IMG/VR virus record: IMGVR_UViG_2537561979_000003
Length of the DNA stretch: 64,000 nucleotides
From: a virus
Taxonomy: Duplodnaviria > Heunggongvirae > Uroviricota > Caudoviricetes
Reading direction: 5' to 3' (one strand)
The position numbers and the translations under genes are program-made. The notes beneath the pieces are model-generated. The model saw only the letters and a list, made by a program, of their open reading frames with translations. It was not told where the DNA came from and did not search any database. Shown piece after piece: positions 1 through 9,708 of this stretch (position 1 is the first letter of the stretch; every line of letters begins with the position of its first letter).

Positions 1-970
1 ACCCCGCGTTGATGTACTGCTGGAACGGCACATTTTTACGTCCACCGGACGCTATCAGGATGCCGTTCTCCCGTAACCAGACAAACAGCGCGTTTTGCTT
101 AAGTCCAACAACCTTTGCAAAATTCCCAATCAGGATCCCTTTAGCTACTGATACCCGGTCGGCAAAATCGACTTTAGGAGCGGCGGCCACCAGCTGCTGA
201 TTTAGCTGGTGGGCTTTCTGTTCCAGAAGCTGCTTTTGTTCAGCCAGTTCGGCAGCTAGGCGCAGAGCTTCTGGAAGCGTCTGGGGGATTGCAACCGGTT
301 GCTGTTCTTTTTGCCGGAAGTAGCTGTCTTCCAGTTTTTCAAAGAATGCCCATGCTTCATTTGTGTCCACGATCTTAGACATGCGTGCAGCGCCGCGCTC
401 TGTCCAGAGTGTAAGGCTTCTGGCGTTCTTACCAACAGAGTAACTTCCGGTTACTCTGTTCTTAAATTCTCTTAATTTTAAACCAGTTAGAAGAAAGTAA
501 TGCTTACCTTCTTCAAAGCGGTCAAGGTTGCGAGACAAATTGTTGCGAATATTGGCTTCATCGACCCCATACCCTCTAGCAAGAGTTTCGGTTGTCACGA
601 CACGTACTCCCTGCCATTCCAGAACGGGAATTTCATCCGGCTGATTCTGAACAACCACCAGTTCCGATTCCTGAACTGAAGGTGCATAAATTTTTTCTGA
701 TTTAACGTTAGTTGCTTTCATTCTGTGTGCCTCCTTGCGTGCTTCGGCTGCGACGGTTGCGTAATTCAGATGCCCCTGTTCGAGCAGGTATTCGCGGATA
801 TCAGACAGCAGGATACGGTGAACCGCGTTCTTGTCCTTTCTCCGGTAAAGTTGTTTGGTGATCATGAAGTAGTTGGCAATAACGCCAGGTATATCCCTGG
901 TACTGATACAGGCAGTGTGCTGTTCAATTGCCTCGATCATCTCTTCACGGGTAACTAACGATGTTCTCAT
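1..970 (-). CDS. Antirepressor-like protein (KilA-C-type C-terminal domain), 3' end beyond window start
   Basis: Minus-strand ORF from ATG at 970 running off position 1 (absent from ORF track because incomplete); its C-terminal half is clearly similar to the 347-aa ORF 48917..49960; ATGA overlap with upstream small gene. Confidence 0.6.
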   Translation of the reverse strand, partial: MRTSLVTREEMIEAIEQHTACISTRDIPGVIANYFMITKQLYRRKDKNAVHRILLSDIREYLLEQGHLNYATVAAEARKEAHRMKATNVKSEKIYAPSVQESELVVVQNQPDEIPVLEWQGVRVVTTETLARGYGVDEANIRNNLSRNLDRFEEGKHYFLLTGLKLREFKNRVTGSYSVGKNARSLTLWTERGAARMSKIVDTNEAWAFFEKLEDSYFRQKEQQPVAIPQTLPEALRLAAELAEQKQLLEQKAHQLNQQLVAAAPKVDFADRVSVAKGILIGNFAKVVGLKQNALFVWLRENGILIASGGRKNVPFQQYINAG

Positions 971-1188
971 AGTCCCTCCTGAGCAGAAGCGTTAACAGGG
1001 AGGCACCAGTAACTGAGAGAATTGCGTGAATCAGTGGAAAAACGGGCAGAGAAAATACATGGGGCGTCAGGAAGCTGAGAACGTGCCTCATCTTCTGTCG
1101 GTGCAATAACGAAGTGATAGTGACGTTTTTGGCAGGAGTAAAAGCGCCAGATAAATTCAGGATGAGCAGGGGTAGGGATAGTAGCCAC
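967..1188 (-). CDS. Icd-like small protein (73 aa), paralog of 49957..50178
   Basis: Shares FIWRFYSC..HYHFVIA.TEDEARSQLPD..CIF.ARFST.SRNSLSYW with the ORF preceding the second antirepressor gene; same gene order. Confidence 0.45.
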   Translation of the reverse strand: MATIPTPAHPEFIWRFYSCQKRHYHFVIAPTEDEARSQLPDAPCIFSARFSTDSRNSLSYWCLPVNASAQEGL

Positions 1189-1527
1189 AATGGCAGCCTC
1201 CTTTTGCTAATTTAAGGAGCTACCGCGTGAGGTCTCAATCTCAATGGCGGTAGCACTGACTGGGTTGAGACTACCGGCGCAAAAGGGAACCGGCCTGCCT
1301 TTCGGCAGCCCAGCCAGCACTACCATTGATCTCTGAGCTAAACGCTACGTATGGCTGTGCGATGGCATGACACAAAAAAAGACGCTTTTGGCGTCTGTGT
1401 CGCCTTTTGCATTATCCGGGGTCTCAATCCCGGCACCCGTTTTAATGAGGTGCCTGATAAGCATAAACCGAAAATGCCTCAAGGCGCAAGAGGTCAGGTT
1501 CAATGTAACATCGGCAGTTAAAAAACA

Positions 1528-1544
1528 CAATTTATTAGAGCAAA
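1528..1544 (-). promoter_or_regulatory. C1-repressor-operator-like 17-mer (15/17 to ATTGCTCTAATAAATTT)
   Basis: Sits 3 nt after pacB stop and upstream of the icd/ant-like leader. Confidence 0.5.
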
Positions 1545-1547
1545 TAT

Positions 1548-3032
1548 TCATTCATTAAGCCATGCCAGAGCTTCATCAACCTGCGCTTCGTCTTCGACGC
1601 TAAGCACTTCATCCTGGGGAACATAATCCGCCAGCATAGCGAAACAATATGTATCCCAATGGTCTGGTGAGTGCAGGTTGAGTTTTTTCTTCATATCCTC
1701 CTTACTCATCACCTTCCATTGACCTGCGGAGTTAATCCCTACAGGGATTTTCGACGCTTCCTCAATAGTTTCATTACCCTTATCCAGTCTCATACGACCA
1801 GATTTTACGGCCTCTGCGGCTTGAACGTTGGCATAAGCACGTTTATCAAAGTACAGGCTCTTATCTTCACGGCTATGCATCTTTTTACCCCAGCGTATAC
1901 GCTGTACGGTAATACCATAATACTCGTACATCAGATCCGCCGTTGCTTTACCCAGGCCATCGCCGTCTATCGCTATGGTGATATTGGGGAATCGCTCAGG
2001 ATTACATTCTGCGAAAATTTTGGCGGCAAGCTGCGTTTCTGTAACGTCTGTGTATTCCAGCATTCGATAGTTGATTACACGGCGTTTATTTCTCTGGCCG
2101 GACACCATCATGATATTGATAACGGACTTATCCCTTCCCGTGCCACCAGCAACGTCCACACATGCAAGCCAGCCCCATCCTTTGGCAATCTTGACTTTCC
2201 GCCGCGTTGCGCGTTCAACCTCATCACGTCCAAGAAGGAAGCCATCCTGTGATTTAGGGAATAGGCCGCGTACCTTAATCATGTACATAGGGTTATCACG
2301 CCCACCGTACTCCGCCAGCTTCATTTTGATAAATGCTGGCGTTACCAACGGTGATTCCTCACTGTTAAGCGTGATCGCCGTATAAACGCCATCAGGGTTA
2401 CCAGGACGCTTGGCCAGTTTATGGTGTGTATCGTAGAAATAGCCGCTTGGGCGTGTAGGCTGTGACAGCAATAAGATGCGGTTATCCTGTCCGGTAAGAG
2501 CACCGGTGATGATACCGAAAGCTCTATCACTGACACCGGAGGCTTCATCGATAATATACAGAAGATGATCTGCGTGTTCACCGGCGAGAGCTTCTTCACT
2601 TCCCAGACGAAAGCCCTTCGGTACTACAGTCCATACACCTTTACCAGTAACCTCATAGAAAGCGGTTTCTGTCAGAACAAAATAATCAGCAAGCCATGGA
2701 AAACGGCTGGTGGCAGTAGCCCAGTTTATCTTGATGTACTTGAATATACCGGTCATTACCTGCTGAATTTTGTTCGCAACGATAATGGCTCGGGCACCGG
2801 GATACATGATTATGAACAACATGATCATGATAGAAGTCATGTCTGATTTCCCGGTACCATGACCAGACGAAACAGATGTCTTGCTACCCTGTTCCTGCAC
2901 AGACTCAATAATCAGATCCTGCTGCCAGGTAGGTGTTTTGCCGAACAAAACATCAGCGGCCGCAATCCAGTCATAACGATATAGCGCCACCAGCTCGCGC
3001 CAACGTGGATCCGTTACGCAACTTCTGGCCAT
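1548..3032 (-). CDS. pacB: Terminase large subunit (P1 PacB-like, 494 aa)
   Basis: 494-aa ORF with GHGTGKS P-loop, start overlaps stop of upstream terminase-small gene; size and context match P1 PacB. Confidence 0.85.
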   Translation of the reverse strand: MARSCVTDPRWRELVALYRYDWIAAADVLFGKTPTWQQDLIIESVQEQGSKTSVSSGHGTGKSDMTSIMIMLFIIMYPGARAIIVANKIQQVMTGIFKYIKINWATATSRFPWLADYFVLTETAFYEVTGKGVWTVVPKGFRLGSEEALAGEHADHLLYIIDEASGVSDRAFGIITGALTGQDNRILLLSQPTRPSGYFYDTHHKLAKRPGNPDGVYTAITLNSEESPLVTPAFIKMKLAEYGGRDNPMYMIKVRGLFPKSQDGFLLGRDEVERATRRKVKIAKGWGWLACVDVAGGTGRDKSVINIMMVSGQRNKRRVINYRMLEYTDVTETQLAAKIFAECNPERFPNITIAIDGDGLGKATADLMYEYYGITVQRIRWGKKMHSREDKSLYFDKRAYANVQAAEAVKSGRMRLDKGNETIEEASKIPVGINSAGQWKVMSKEDMKKKLNLHSPDHWDTYCFAMLADYVPQDEVLSVEDEAQVDEALAWLNE

Positions 3033-4225
3033 TAATCATCATCCCCGTATAGCTTGCGGGTAACTTCTTCGTCTTCCTCCTCGTCTTCGTCCAGGTCTTG
3101 TTCCAGCCATGGGTCGTTTGATACACCTTCAGTATCAACATCTCCATAACCGCCTGTATCAACGATATCGGCGATTTCTTCCCTACGCTGCTCAATCCAC
3201 AATGCGGCATCGGCGCGGCGGTTGGCGGCCCGTTCTCGCGCAACTTTGTCCAGATCTTCAAGAGAAGGGCCACCGACGGCTGTTTGCCTTTCCTCATCAT
3301 CGGTATTGGTCTTAGGAGCACGCAGATCGGCTTTGATTTGCTCCAGCATCAGGGGCGGAACTTTCCCGCCATGCGCCTCGATGAATTCAGCTGCTTCCAG
3401 CACTGACCAGTTATTTTCACGCTTTCGTTCGTATGCCAGTTTAACAATGCCAGCTTGCCCCATAGACAAAGCGTGCTTTTCCGCCTCCCGGCTTTCTTTT
3501 CGATAGTTATTCCGGATGCTGTAAATGGTGTTGATCAGGCTGCTTATCTGCGCGGAACAGCTGTTTAGCATGCTCGCGATACGGTATTCAGGCGGAGTTC
3601 CTTCATCATCGTCTTTTTGCTGATCGCGCATTTCCTGAACCAAGCGAATACACGTATCCCTGGCGTTCTCCAGCATAAGGAGATGAGAGAGAGACTTTTC
3701 CAGAAGAGTGGTTTCCAGAACATCAGCCCCGGACCGACGCAACATAGCGCGCGCGGCCTTCCGCGCTTCAACGTTATCTATCAGGTAATCGCCAGCTTCG
3801 AATTCAAAGCGTTCACCATCATCATCCAGGGTGTCGCGTTCCAGGCGATCACGTAAGGTCCGGTGGGCGCGGGTGATCACGTCATGATCATCAGAACGAT
3901 CATTTATGCGCTTATTCTGGCGCTTCGCGTTCTCGACTGCGGCACTGACAACAGCATTAACTCTTTGTTTTTCAGCCATTTCAGCCACAACGTGATCACC
4001 TGCACGTTGATCATTAGCGTGATCAATGATCATGCTTTTTAGTGGTTTTCTGACAGGCTTATTTGGCTTACGGCTGTCCGCTGTTCCGGTGTCTTCTTTG
4101 AATGCACGGAGATAACGACGTGCGGTGTTTGGGTTGAGATTAAACTCGGCGGCATATTGTGCGATGGTGTAACCACCATCTCGCGCCAGGCGAGCAAAAT
4201 TCTTCTTGTGATCGTCCCAGGTCAC
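3032..4225 (-). CDS. pacA: Terminase small/pac-recognition subunit (P1 PacA-like, 397 aa)
   Basis: 397-aa ORF, N-terminal HTH-like region, acidic C-terminus, contains the hexamer-repeat pac site, translationally coupled to pacB. Confidence 0.75.
   Translation of the reverse strand: MTWDDHKKNFARLARDGGYTIAQYAAEFNLNPNTARRYLRAFKEDTGTADSRKPNKPVRKPLKSMIIDHANDQRAGDHVVAEMAEKQRVNAVVSAAVENAKRQNKRINDRSDDHDVITRAHRTLRDRLERDTLDDDGERFEFEAGDYLIDNVEARKAARAMLRRSGADVLETTLLEKSLSHLLMLENARDTCIRLVQEMRDQQKDDDEGTPPEYRIASMLNSCSAQISSLINTIYSIRNNYRKESREAEKHALSMGQAGIVKLAYERKRENNWSVLEAAEFIEAHGGKVPPLMLEQIKADLRAPKTNTDDEERQTAVGGPSLEDLDKVARERAANRRADAALWIEQRREEIADIVDTGGYGDVDTEGVSNDPWLEQDLDEDEEEDEEVTRKLYGDDD
3873..4033. other. 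pac packaging site: two clusters of TGATCA/G hexamers (3 + 4) containing GATC sites
   Basis: tgatca at 3873, 3884, (c)gatca 3897 and tgatca at 3993, 4009, 4019, 4028, inside the 5' part of pacA. Confidence 0.6.
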
Positions 4226-4311
4226 TTATGCTTCCTTTCGTATAAAACTCTTTTTGACGCGAGGGTAACGAAAGTCACATGTCAAAAGGCCCGGAACGGG
4301 CAAGCAATCAA

Positions 4312-4764
4312 TCAGATACGTGCGGATGTGGCATTACCGTAATGACGGTGCTGACGGGCCACCTTATTGAAAAGTTGACGCGCCATTACCCAAGGCTGGT
4401 GCTCCCGGCGTTCCTTTTCGTCCTGCGTCATATAGAGTTCGTTCTGGAGTTTTTCATCAAACCGGCGCGGAGCGCGACTGCGGCGAAAGAATTCAGGATT
4501 CAGAGAGTGGATCTGAAATCTACGTGGGCGTGTACTGTCATCAATCAAAACAGACGAATACTTAGACACAGCGATAGCCTTTAAGCGCAGATAAACATCG
4601 CGCTTATCGACATCCAGATGCGGGTATTCCTTTTCAAGAATTGCTGCGAGTTCTTTCGCTGATAGAAGAGATTTAGTGCGGATCATGTAATCCGCAATCT
4701 CGTACGATGTTATTCGTGAGTGATTTATTTCCATGAAGTGGCGTCCCTGCCAGTTAAGTAACAT
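4312..4764 (-). CDS. Late-promoter-activator-like protein (Lpa/gp10 position), 150 aa
   Basis: Assigned by position directly upstream of pacA and by an operator-like site upstream; no motif evidence. Confidence 0.35.
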   Translation of the reverse strand: MLLNWQGRHFMEINHSRITSYEIADYMIRTKSLLSAKELAAILEKEYPHLDVDKRDVYLRLKAIAVSKYSSVLIDDSTRPRRFQIHSLNPEFFRRSRAPRRFDEKLQNELYMTQDEKERREHQPWVMARQLFNKVARQHRHYGNATSARI

Positions 4765-4834
4765 CCTGTCACCTACTGATTAGCCCATGTCAACTAATCA
4801 ACGTCGAATATAATACCCTAAATTAAAGAAATAG

Positions 4835-4851
4835 CAATACATTAGAGCAAT
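4835..4851 (-). promoter_or_regulatory. C1-operator-like 17-mer (14/17)
   Basis: ATTGCTCTAATGTATTG on minus strand, between 347-aa gene stop and the Lpa-like gene. Confidence 0.4.
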
Positions 4852-4852
4852 T

Positions 4853-5896
4853 TTATCTAACACTCGACGAATGACTTGTGATAGCGCCGACTCCAAGCGC
4901 GTAATCAAAGAACAATCGTTGATGCATCGCCAGCCTACCGTGCGTCTTCTCCCAATTATCGCGGTCACGCTCAATATCACGCTGGCATGACTGGCACAGA
5001 GGAATAGCATAAATGTCATGCGCGCATAATCGACTATGACGAACGATATAAGGCGTAATGTGAGCGCCAGCTCCCGCAGCTCCACAGCCACAGCATGGAC
5101 GGGAAGCCACAAAGTCCATGTACTCGGGCAATTTTAGCGATTGAAGTTTTGGTATCTTGAAATGCGCCATACCTGGGTCGGAGTCAACATCCACAGGGCA
5201 TACTTTTGCACGCATCGGCGCGGCGCGTTCTTCCATCATCTGAACATATGCTGTAGCGCGATCGTCATACGGGCGAATATCCGCCTCTTTCAGAGGTCCG
5301 CTATCCTGCGGAGTAGCCTTCATCTTATTTATTGATATGCGGCAGACTTCTTCCGGCATCAGGTGCATCATGTTGCGCATGAAAGCCCACCAGCACAGCT
5401 CCTGAATACTTAAATCATGGCTATTTGAAAGGCCCATTTCCTGACGGGCGACATCCAGTATCCAGTTAACGCGATTATTGTGCAGCGTTTCTTTCAGCTC
5501 ATTAAAACCACGCATCCGGTAATGGTTATCGTGATGCCAGCACAACAACACCGCGCTATTGTCTCGTTCAGCGTGGACAATATGGTTGTCACACCAACTA
5601 CGATCTGCGGCCTGGCATTGACCCTCTTTCCTACGCAACCACGCCACCAGCGCGTCAATTCCACCAATACGGCGAAACAGTTCATCGCTGTTAAAAAACG
5701 GCTGCAACGCCTCATTTGTTGCCATGGTTTGCTCGGTAACAACTAGGCCGTCTTCCATGTGCTCGATTAACTCACGCGGCACCGGCTCCATAATAAATTT
5801 ACGGCCAGCCTCCACCAGCTTTCTGACCTCCTGATCCACTTTGAACGTGGCGAGGCCAAGCTCTTTCTGTACAAAGGGAGTAATTACGGCTTTCAC
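4853..5896 (-). CDS. Hypothetical protein, 347 aa, Cys-rich C-terminus (CCGCG..C..C..C)
   Basis: Long ORF, possible Zn-binding cluster near C-terminus. Confidence 0.5.
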   Translation of the reverse strand: MKAVITPFVQKELGLATFKVDQEVRKLVEAGRKFIMEPVPRELIEHMEDGLVVTEQTMATNEALQPFFNSDELFRRIGGIDALVAWLRRKEGQCQAADRSWCDNHIVHAERDNSAVLLCWHHDNHYRMRGFNELKETLHNNRVNWILDVARQEMGLSNSHDLSIQELCWWAFMRNMMHLMPEEVCRISINKMKATPQDSGPLKEADIRPYDDRATAYVQMMEERAAPMRAKVCPVDVDSDPGMAHFKIPKLQSLKLPEYMDFVASRPCCGCGAAGAGAHITPYIVRHSRLCAHDIYAIPLCQSCQRDIERDRDNWEKTHGRLAMHQRLFFDYALGVGAITSHSSSVR

Positions 5897-5923
5897 ATCA
5901 CACCTTTAATCACTGATTGGGCT

Positions 5924-6124
5924 TTATCTGCTGCCCGACATTATCTGTTTAAGCACAACCATTTCCTGACGGCATAACACAGCAATAGCGGTCCTGGCAC
6001 CAATTTGCTTACTAACCAGGTATTGCTTTATCTTGCGGCGACTCACGCCATCAAGAAGCATCTTTAACGCTTCACGGGACAATTTGTTGTATTTGCGTGC
6101 CATTAATCTACTCCGCAGAACCAT
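5924..6124 (-). CDS. Small basic protein (about 57-66 aa)
   Basis: ORF overlapping doc 3' end by 17 nt; weak. Confidence 0.3.
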   Translation of the reverse strand: MVLRSRLMARKYNKLSREALKMLLDGVSRRKIKQYLVSKQIGARTAIAVLCRQEMVVLKQIMSGSR

Positions 6125-6488
6125 ACAATCTACGTAACGTGGCGGCGACAGAAGATACAGATATCTCGCCAGTCGCAGCGCCTACAGTAAGGTCTGCCAG
6201 TTCAGGTGAATCAAATACCTGCACCCCGTTACGGCGTAGAAATAGCAGCGCACTGTTTAGCGCGGTACGCTTATTGGCATCATTGAATATATGCCCTCTC
6301 GCTGTAGCCACCAGGTAGGTGGCGGAGACTTCGAAAAGGTCGGTGATCTCTTCGTAGGCAACTCTGGCCTGAACTCTCCCGATAATGGCCTCTGCCCTAC
6401 CCGGATCTGACATTCCCGGCAGGCCGCCGTAGCGGTTTATATTCGCATCATGAAGCGCAATAAGTTCTTCCGGTGATATATGCCTCAT
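6108..6488 (-). CDS. doc: Doc toxin (Fic-fold kinase, death-on-curing), 126 aa
   Basis: Fic motif [11 protein letters not shown]; 126 aa; start overlaps phd stop. Confidence 0.9.
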   Translation of the reverse strand: MRHISPEELIALHDANINRYGGLPGMSDPGRAEAIIGRVQARVAYEEITDLFEVSATYLVATARGHIFNDANKRTALNSALLFLRRNGVQVFDSPELADLTVGAATGEISVSSVAATLRRLYGSAE

Positions 6489-6709
6489 TATCGGTTAACC
6501 AGTTCCTTGTTGGTGGAGTCCAGGGTGTCAAACAGGGATGCAAATTCAGCATCCAGCGCCGCTTTTTTGTAGGCTTCGAAAGTAGCCTTGCTGACAATTA
6601 CTGCTGGCTCACGGCCTCTGCGGGTGATTTCAACCTCTTCCCCGGCTTCAACATTGTTGAGCACTTCAGAAAGGTTGCCGCGCGCGGTACGGAAGTTAAT
6701 GGATTGCAT
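6488..6709 (-). CDS. phd: Phd antitoxin, 73 aa (ORF-track start at 6715 is probably 2 codons too long)
   Basis: [49 protein letters not shown].. matches the P1 Phd sequence as I recall it; upstream of doc. Confidence 0.9.
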   Translation of the reverse strand: MQSINFRTARGNLSEVLNNVEAGEEVEITRRGREPAVIVSKATFEAYKKAALDAEFASLFDTLDSTNKELVNR

Positions 6710-6717
6710 AAACACCT

Positions 6718-6742
6718 CGTGTACTCGTTATGTGTACACAAT
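6718..6742 (-). promoter_or_regulatory. phd-doc operator: two GTGTAC(AC) palindromic repeats
   Basis: cGTGTACtcgttatGTGTACACaat immediately upstream of phd. Confidence 0.5.
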
Positions 6743-6781
6743 TATAAACTTCACAGGCATAAAGCACCAGCACTTTGCAGC

Positions 6782-7171
6782 TTAAATCACCGGACAATCA
6801 TCAAATTCCCCACTTCGGGCATCATTAATGACATGAGTGATCACACCAAACACAGCATTACTCCCCGTGCATCCATCGTCATCCACTGGTAACGCCTCTT
6901 TCTTCCCGGTGCTTAAATCCTCCAGGTGCTGGCGCGGATACTTTCGGTATCTCTTTATGCGATATTCACCCTCCATAGCGCACACAAGCAGCGAACCATC
7001 AACTGGAGTAAGCGAAGAATCAACCACCAGCAAAGCACCCTGCAATATTCCCTCACGGTGATGGCTATCAGCTGCCCGCATGAAGTAGGTTGCTGATGGA
7101 TGTCTAATTATCTGCTGATCAAGAGAAATTCGGCTTTCAACATAATCCGCCGCAGGAGAAGGGAAACCCAT
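6782..7171 (-). CDS. humD: UmuD'-like S24 peptidase-fold protein (P1 HumD-like), 129 aa
   Basis: Starts MGFPSPAADYVE.., i.e. at the residues following the UmuD self-cleavage site; Ser and Lys of the dyad present; no umuC nearby. Confidence 0.8.
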   Translation of the reverse strand: MGFPSPAADYVESRISLDQQIIRHPSATYFMRAADSHHREGILQGALLVVDSSLTPVDGSLLVCAMEGEYRIKRYRKYPRQHLEDLSTGKKEALPVDDDGCTGSNAVFGVITHVINDARSGEFDDCPVI

Positions 7172-7201
7172 AGCGTTTTACCTCAAAAATACTGTTTATC
7201 T

Positions 7202-7217
7202 ATACAGCATACATTAA
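7202..7217. promoter_or_regulatory. LexA (SOS) box CTGTTTATCTATACAG
   Basis: CTG-N10-CAG palindrome 31 bp upstream of the humD start, in a divergent intergenic region. Confidence 0.6.
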
Positions 7218-7522
7218 AGAAGCACCTTTGGTGCAAACGCGTTATGTACATCAACCACCGCTGATGATTTTTGTGCGCTTTGCTACTATTCATCACCGCG
7301 GGGTCAGCGTAACCTCGTTGCCAATCAGTTAATAAGGAATTAGCTATGCCTAATCGCATTCCTCTCGATCCTGTATTGCCCAAAAATTTTGACTGCACTC
7401 CTAACGAGAAACGCTCTAAAGCTCAGCTGGACGCCTAGTGGGACCATCCATATGGGGTTACACAACCTGACGGGAAAATTGTAGTTTATTGTCTGAATGG
7501 TGGGGCGTGGGACCGTCCATCC

Positions 7523-7930
7523 GTGCTTTGTTTGGCAGATAACTATGATGAAGCCTGTGAACTTGCCGAAAGACAGCAGGCAAGCTGGGTAAAAACACGG
7601 TCTGAACCGACATTCATGTTTTCAAAAGAACCGCCATTTATACTGGCGAGGATGCCGCAGCGACCGGATCATCAACAAGAAATTGTTGCTGAATTTTCCT
7701 CAAGGGATGAGATGAATCTCTTCTCATTAAAGCAGGAAGAAAGGGATCGCGTCGAAGTGTCTCCAACTCTCGACCACAACCGGATGAACCTGGCCCAGCT
7801 CGCCTGGTACAGCAAAGAATTAGAGATGTCTATTGCCCGGCTTGAAAACGAAAAAGCCGCTATCCAAGTCCAGCACGAAGTAGTTCTGAACCGGATTAGA
7901 GAAATGCAAAACGATAACAGGGGATTTTGA
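7523..7930 (+). CDS. Hypothetical protein (start uncertain; GTG at 7523 or internal ATG)
   Basis: ORF in AT-rich island divergent from humD; stop abuts start of next gene (TGAATG). Confidence 0.4.
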   Translation: MLCLADNYDEACELAERQQASWVKTRSEPTFMFSKEPPFILARMPQRPDHQQEIVAEFSSRDEMNLFSLKQEERDRVEVSPTLDHNRMNLAQLAWYSKELEMSIARLENEKAAIQVQHEVVLNRIREMQNDNRGF

Positions 7931-8287
7931 ATGGCTAAAATCGAGTACCATCGCGATCGCGGTAATTACCTGGAAATATACGATCATGAATCTCTTAACG
8001 ATATCAACGATGCGTTATATGAATACTGTGAAAAAACGAGCATCACAGATGCACCTGATGCATTTGTCGAGCTGCCGGTATATCTCCGCGACATCTATGC
8101 AATACGAACACCGCCCGTATCGGTGATTCACATTGGCTATGTCCGCCTGTCCATCGAAGAAGATGAAGATCGTTATATCGTGCGCCACTATACATTGGAC
8201 AGAAAAGAACTTCCTAATGAATGGAACATGAGTAATTTCTACAACGGTGAATATGGCTTAAAATCCGCTAATAATTTACGGTCATAA
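7931..8287 (+). CDS. Hypothetical protein, 118 aa
   Basis: Translationally coupled to 7523..7930; AT-rich codon usage. Confidence 0.45.
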   Translation: MAKIEYHRDRGNYLEIYDHESLNDINDALYEYCEKTSITDAPDAFVELPVYLRDIYAIRTPPVSVIHIGYVRLSIEEDEDRYIVRHYTLDRKELPNEWNMSNFYNGEYGLKSANNLRS

Positions 8288-8413
8288 TCTATACAGGCAT
8301 GTATAACAACAACGAGTCTATTAGCTGTCAACAACGTTATTTCCTCAAATAAGAAAAAGCAGAAAACAAATTATTTAAGGTCACAAATTGTGGCCTTGAT
8401 GGAGGAGGGAGGC

Positions 8414-8644
8414 TTATTGGCTATGGCTAAAAATCAAATTAGACACTTCATGTTGCTGTAGCTCATCAAGATCCGAGGCCACAAAACCTTTTCCGAAAAA
8501 CTTCACAAGTAACTCACTAGCCGCATCATTGTCACCTATTACACGAAAGTCATACGGCAACGTCGCAAGTTGACGATGTAATCCTGCTGAGAAAGTCGAA
8601 TCTAACAGCGCCCAGAATTCCCACCGCAGGATAATACTCGCCTC
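8414..8644 (-). pseudogene. Start-less gene relic (76 in-frame codons ending ..FFGKGFVASDLDELQQHEVSNLIFSHSQ*)
   Basis: Protein-like open frame with no ATG/GTG/TTG near its 5' end, bounded upstream by TAA; in AT-rich spacer. Confidence 0.3.
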
Positions 8645-9132
8645 TTAATACTGTATATATGTTGTTACGATATGTTTTTCTGTCTCTAAAAAAAGATGTT
8701 TGAAGGGGATAAAAATATACAATTCCAACAAACGTTATTTTTAACAATTTTTTTCTTTGCGTTGACTTTCCCGGACACCTTGTCTGACCGAAGGTGCGCG
8801 AAAGCCACTTTTTCCTTCCTGAGTTATCCACAAAGTTATGCACTTGCAAGAGGGCCATTTTCTACATATTGTGGTGGCTAACAGATGAAATGAATGTAGA
8901 TTAATTGAAGATAAGGAGAAAATTTGAGATGCAATCATGACGTTAATAGATAGGGTCTGCATTACAGACCCCACCCGCATCAAGGAATTAGCCGTTCCCT
9001 GATGTTTTTCCGAAAACATGTGCCGTAAGCTCACGTTAACGACTTTCATTCACCGAATCCAACTATATAGGGGTTGGGTTTCTACGTCAACGTGAGCAAG
9101 TGCACCTTTACATTTGACAAGGAACCACCTGA

Positions 9133-9270
9133 ATGAACGCTTTTTTTCAGTTCCTGAGTGCATTTTTAGATGCGCCTATTATTAGCCAGATTCTGGCTAT
9201 TATCCTCATCATCGTTTTGATTTTGCTTTTAAGGTCAGTAAAAAATGGAATTATGCACTGGCTTACTTAA
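9133..9270 (+). CDS. 45-aa hydrophobic peptide (single TM helix)
   Basis: AAGGA RBS 8 nt upstream of ATG; MNAFFQFLSAFLDAPIISQILAIILIIVLILLLRSVKNGIMHWLT. Confidence 0.3.
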   Translation: MNAFFQFLSAFLDAPIISQILAIILIIVLILLLRSVKNGIMHWLT

Positions 9271-9345
9271 TGTTTCAGTGAAACATTAAAATCTCCTTGA
9301 TGTGGAAACAATCATTTTCTGTATGTGCTGGTGGGCACCTGTAGT

Positions 9346-9708
9346 TCAGCTTTCGTTGGCATTTAACTTCGTCTTTGCTTTCTCCACCAGCAACTTCCAG
9401 ATGCCTATTTCATTAGCAGCCGCCTTGATGGCGGCATAAAAAGCATCTTGCTGATCGTAACGCTGGATCTGTTTTTTCAGTTTTGCCTCCACCAATTTAA
9501 TTTCATTACGTGCTTTCTGAAGCCGCATCACCGCCCGGTTACGTCTGTTCTTGTATAGCGTGTTAATCTCTGACAATTGCTTTAATTTACCAGCCTGACT
9601 GCGGATTATCGCCTCCCTGGCTTCTGCCGTGCGTCTCATCTGATCTCTTAAGAGTTCACCGTTTTCGATAATTCTTTCAAGGTGTTTGATGTGATCTGCA
9701 ACTCTCAT
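9346..9708 (-). CDS. Hypothetical coiled-coil protein, 120 aa
   Basis: ORF overlaps next gene by 4 nt. Confidence 0.5.
   Translation of the reverse strand: MRVADHIKHLERIIENGELLRDQMRRTAEAREAIIRSQAGKLKQLSEINTLYKNRRNRAVMRLQKARNEIKLVEAKLKKQIQRYDQQDAFYAAIKAAANEIGIWKLLVEKAKTKLNANES

Noticed and set aside
1-1190. Possible wrap-around or exact duplicate of the 48.9-50.2 kb immunity region (which would imply a circular ~49-kb element or misassembly)
   Set aside because: Only the C-terminal KilA-C part and the Icd-like ORF are similar, at well below identity; N-terminal domains and leaders differ, so these are paralogs rather than the same sequence seen twice.
1671-2252. 193-aa plus-strand ORF (and many similar antisense ORFs inside pacB, ban, dmt, sit)
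   Set aside because: Fully embedded antisense to strongly supported genes with no independent signal; six-frame artefacts.
8550-9049. Two 102-aa minus-strand ORFs in the AT-rich spacer
   Set aside because: Low-complexity, AT-driven open frames with alternative start codons and no RBS; the only protein-like frame there lacks a start and is listed as a relic.
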